In this document: piece by piece, positions 60,224 through 62,000 of the stretch | How positions within the stretch are numbered: position 1 is the stretch's first letter | Layout of the letters: each line of letters begins with the position of its first letter | Assembly: GCF_004010195.1 (NCBI RefSeq) | Contig: NC_057753.1 | Span: 13,565,628-13,627,627, forward strand | Length of the DNA: 62,000 nt | Reading direction: 5' to 3' | Source of the DNA: Chiloscyllium plagiosum | Lineage: Eukaryota | Program-made: the position numbers and the translations under genes | The notes under the pieces: generated by a model | The model's input: only the letters and a program-made list of their open reading frames with translations | Database searches by the model: none | What the model was told of the DNA's origin: nothing

Positions 60224-60934
60224 GGACCTTGGTTTCATGTCACACTCCAGGTGAACCCACGACATTGTACACTATCTCTCTTACACATACACACTCCCTC
60301 ATGCAGACCCTTTGTCATATACATGCTCTCTCACACAGACACATACACCCACCAACCTTCTCACAGGCTTATAACCCATCACATTTGCACACACTTTACC
60401 AAACTTGCACACACGTAAACACACACCCTCTCATGTGCACTCGCATTCAAATGCTCACATGCACACATTCATATTTTCTCTCTCTGTCTCTCCTGTATGC
60501 ACACACACATATAAGTCTATGGGGTGAATTTGTATTTGCAGAATTATATTTAAACATGCATTCTATTTTGTTCAAACAATGCACAACCTATGGGCAGTCA
60601 ATGCAGACAGTCAATCTGTAAAGTATTTGGTAAATTCCACTTTGGAAATAGAACCAGTCTGACTCAATATTGGGATACAGACAGACCCTGACCTCACACC
60701 TTTAGTGCATTGTCTGAACTGATGTCACCTTATTTTATGAAACCTTAACTTATCTTGAGAATGTGACTTAAAAGAATTTTAGGGATTTACATATTAATGA
60801 ACAAAAACCTGGAACCCATTCTAAAATATGAAAGATTTAACAACAATCTAGGTTTGTTAAATATACCATTTTATTTGCATGTCACTAATTTTTCACTATA
60901 AATTCTTTGTCTTTTGCTCCTGCTTCACAACCAA

Positions 60935-60963
60935 CTGAAGAAGGATCAGTGCTCCGAAAGCTA
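60935..60963 (+). ncRNA. Minimal hammerhead ribozyme motif
   Basis: CUGAAGA-A-GGAUC-AGU-GCUCC-GAAA-GCU-A: core intact, one stem II mismatch, palindromic AGCU stem III. Confidence 0.65.
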
Positions 60964-61254
60964 GTATTTCTAAGTAAACCTGTTTAACTATAACCCGATG
61001 TTGTGTGATTTTTTTTAACTTTGTCATCTTCAATCCCATGATGGTCTGAGCATGTGCAGTCTATGGTGAGACGGAGGGAGCTAGAGTTGCAAATCAAACT
61101 GGGAACTTGATTCCCTGCCCAAACCCCACTCTGTGGTTTATGCTTCACTTGATATCTCTCAGACAGAAATGAGGAATTTGGTCTCTCAAAGGGCAGTGAT
61201 TGTGTGAAGTGCATTCCTGCAAAGTTTGTCAGGATGAGGTGGTTCAATGTGACC

Positions 61255-61880
61255 ATCATAAATAGGAACAGGGTGATGCTGTTCAGCCCATTGAGCATGC
61301 TCCCCTGTTCAATAGGATCATGACTGATCAGATATTCCTCATGTCCACTTTCCTGCCCTGTCCCTGCAACCTTTGATTCCCGACTGATCAAGAGTCCATC
61401 CATCTCAGCCATAAAGTACACAAAGACTCTGCCCTCACTGCTGACTGTAGGCAGCCAGGAGGCTGGAAGAACACAGCTAGCCAGGCAGCATCAGGAGGTG
61501 GAGAAGTCGACGTTTTGGGTGTTCCACTGCACAGTCTGTTCAAAAGGTGCCCACTCTGAATAAGTTATCCACCTTACACCTGAAACGTTGACTTGTCCAC
61601 CTCCTGATGCCGCCTGACTTGCTGCCTTCCAATCTCCTGCCTGTCTACTTTGGATTCCAGCATCTGCAGTTACTTTGTTTCACAGCTCGCTGTGGCAAAG
61701 AGTTCCAAAGACTCAGAATTCTCTGAGAGAAGAAATTCCTCCTCATCTCAGAATTAAATTGGTGTCCATTTCTTCTAAGACTCTGCCCTCTTCTGCTTGT
61801 AGAATCTCCCATGAAGGGAAACAGTCTTTCAGCAGTTATCCCATTATGCTTCTTACGAATCTTACGTACTTCAATGAGAC
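61255..61880 (-). mobile_element. Decayed CR1 3' fragment interrupted by a fold-back element
   Basis: CR1 3' UTR (GATCATGACTGATC) and RT C-terminal remnants. Confidence 0.75.
61449..61680. mobile_element. Fold-back PLE pLTR insertion
   Basis: Arms AGGCAGCATCAGGAGGTGGAGAAGTCGACGTTTTGGGTG / CACCTGAAACGTTGACTTGTCCACCTCCTGATGCCGCCT; imperfect TSD CACTGCTGACTGT / CACAGCTCGCTGT. Confidence 0.75.
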
Positions 61881-62000
61881 CGCCGTTCGCGGTGAGACAG
61901 ATATTTTAAAGGAGTTGATTAAAGGCAAAATTATGGGGAACCTCTAAGTGTGAAATTAACACTGAGCGCTATCAAAACTCAGTAGGCCTGGTAGCTTCTA

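Larger units (their letters stand above)
59150..61035 (+). mobile_element. PLE with inverted 5' pLTR (59150-59425), GIY-YIG C-terminus, CA-rich UTR and 3' pLTR; two nested SINEs
   Basis: GQGHSPSDLQVAILQGG...THDDGLN[SINE]DLGFMSH; 59150-59425 is the diverged reverse complement of about 60750-61035; hammerhead motifs in both arms. Confidence 0.8.

Overview
Eukaryotic, repeat-rich vertebrate DNA, very probably from a shark. This is inferred from abundant HE1-like tRNA-derived SINEs with (TCTAA)n tails and their CR1/HER1-type LINE partners. The window is part of a C2H2 zinc-finger (ZNF) gene cluster. It holds three intact finger arrays with no effector domain (25992-26957 +, 41708-42856 +, 55555-56481 -), four decayed ZNF pseudogenes, two finger-less relic exons, and CpG-island promoters, two of which share a distinctive palindromic module. 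Large blocks of the cluster are old paralogous duplicates of each other. The rest is a mosaic of CR1-type LINEs (including a near-complete ORF1-esterase plus endonuclease copy), Tx1 and RTE fragments, about 14 SINEs, and many Penelope-like element (PLE) fragments. Roughly 17 PLE-derived loci carry minimal hammerhead-ribozyme motifs (CUGANGA-stem-GAAA-palindrome-UH); four keep an intact core, and many have target-site duplications and inverted pLTR arms. No prokaryotic systems, CRISPR arrays, rRNA or true tRNA genes were seen. Coordinates of degenerate repeats are approximate, and all family assignments come from motif recognition by eye, not database searches.
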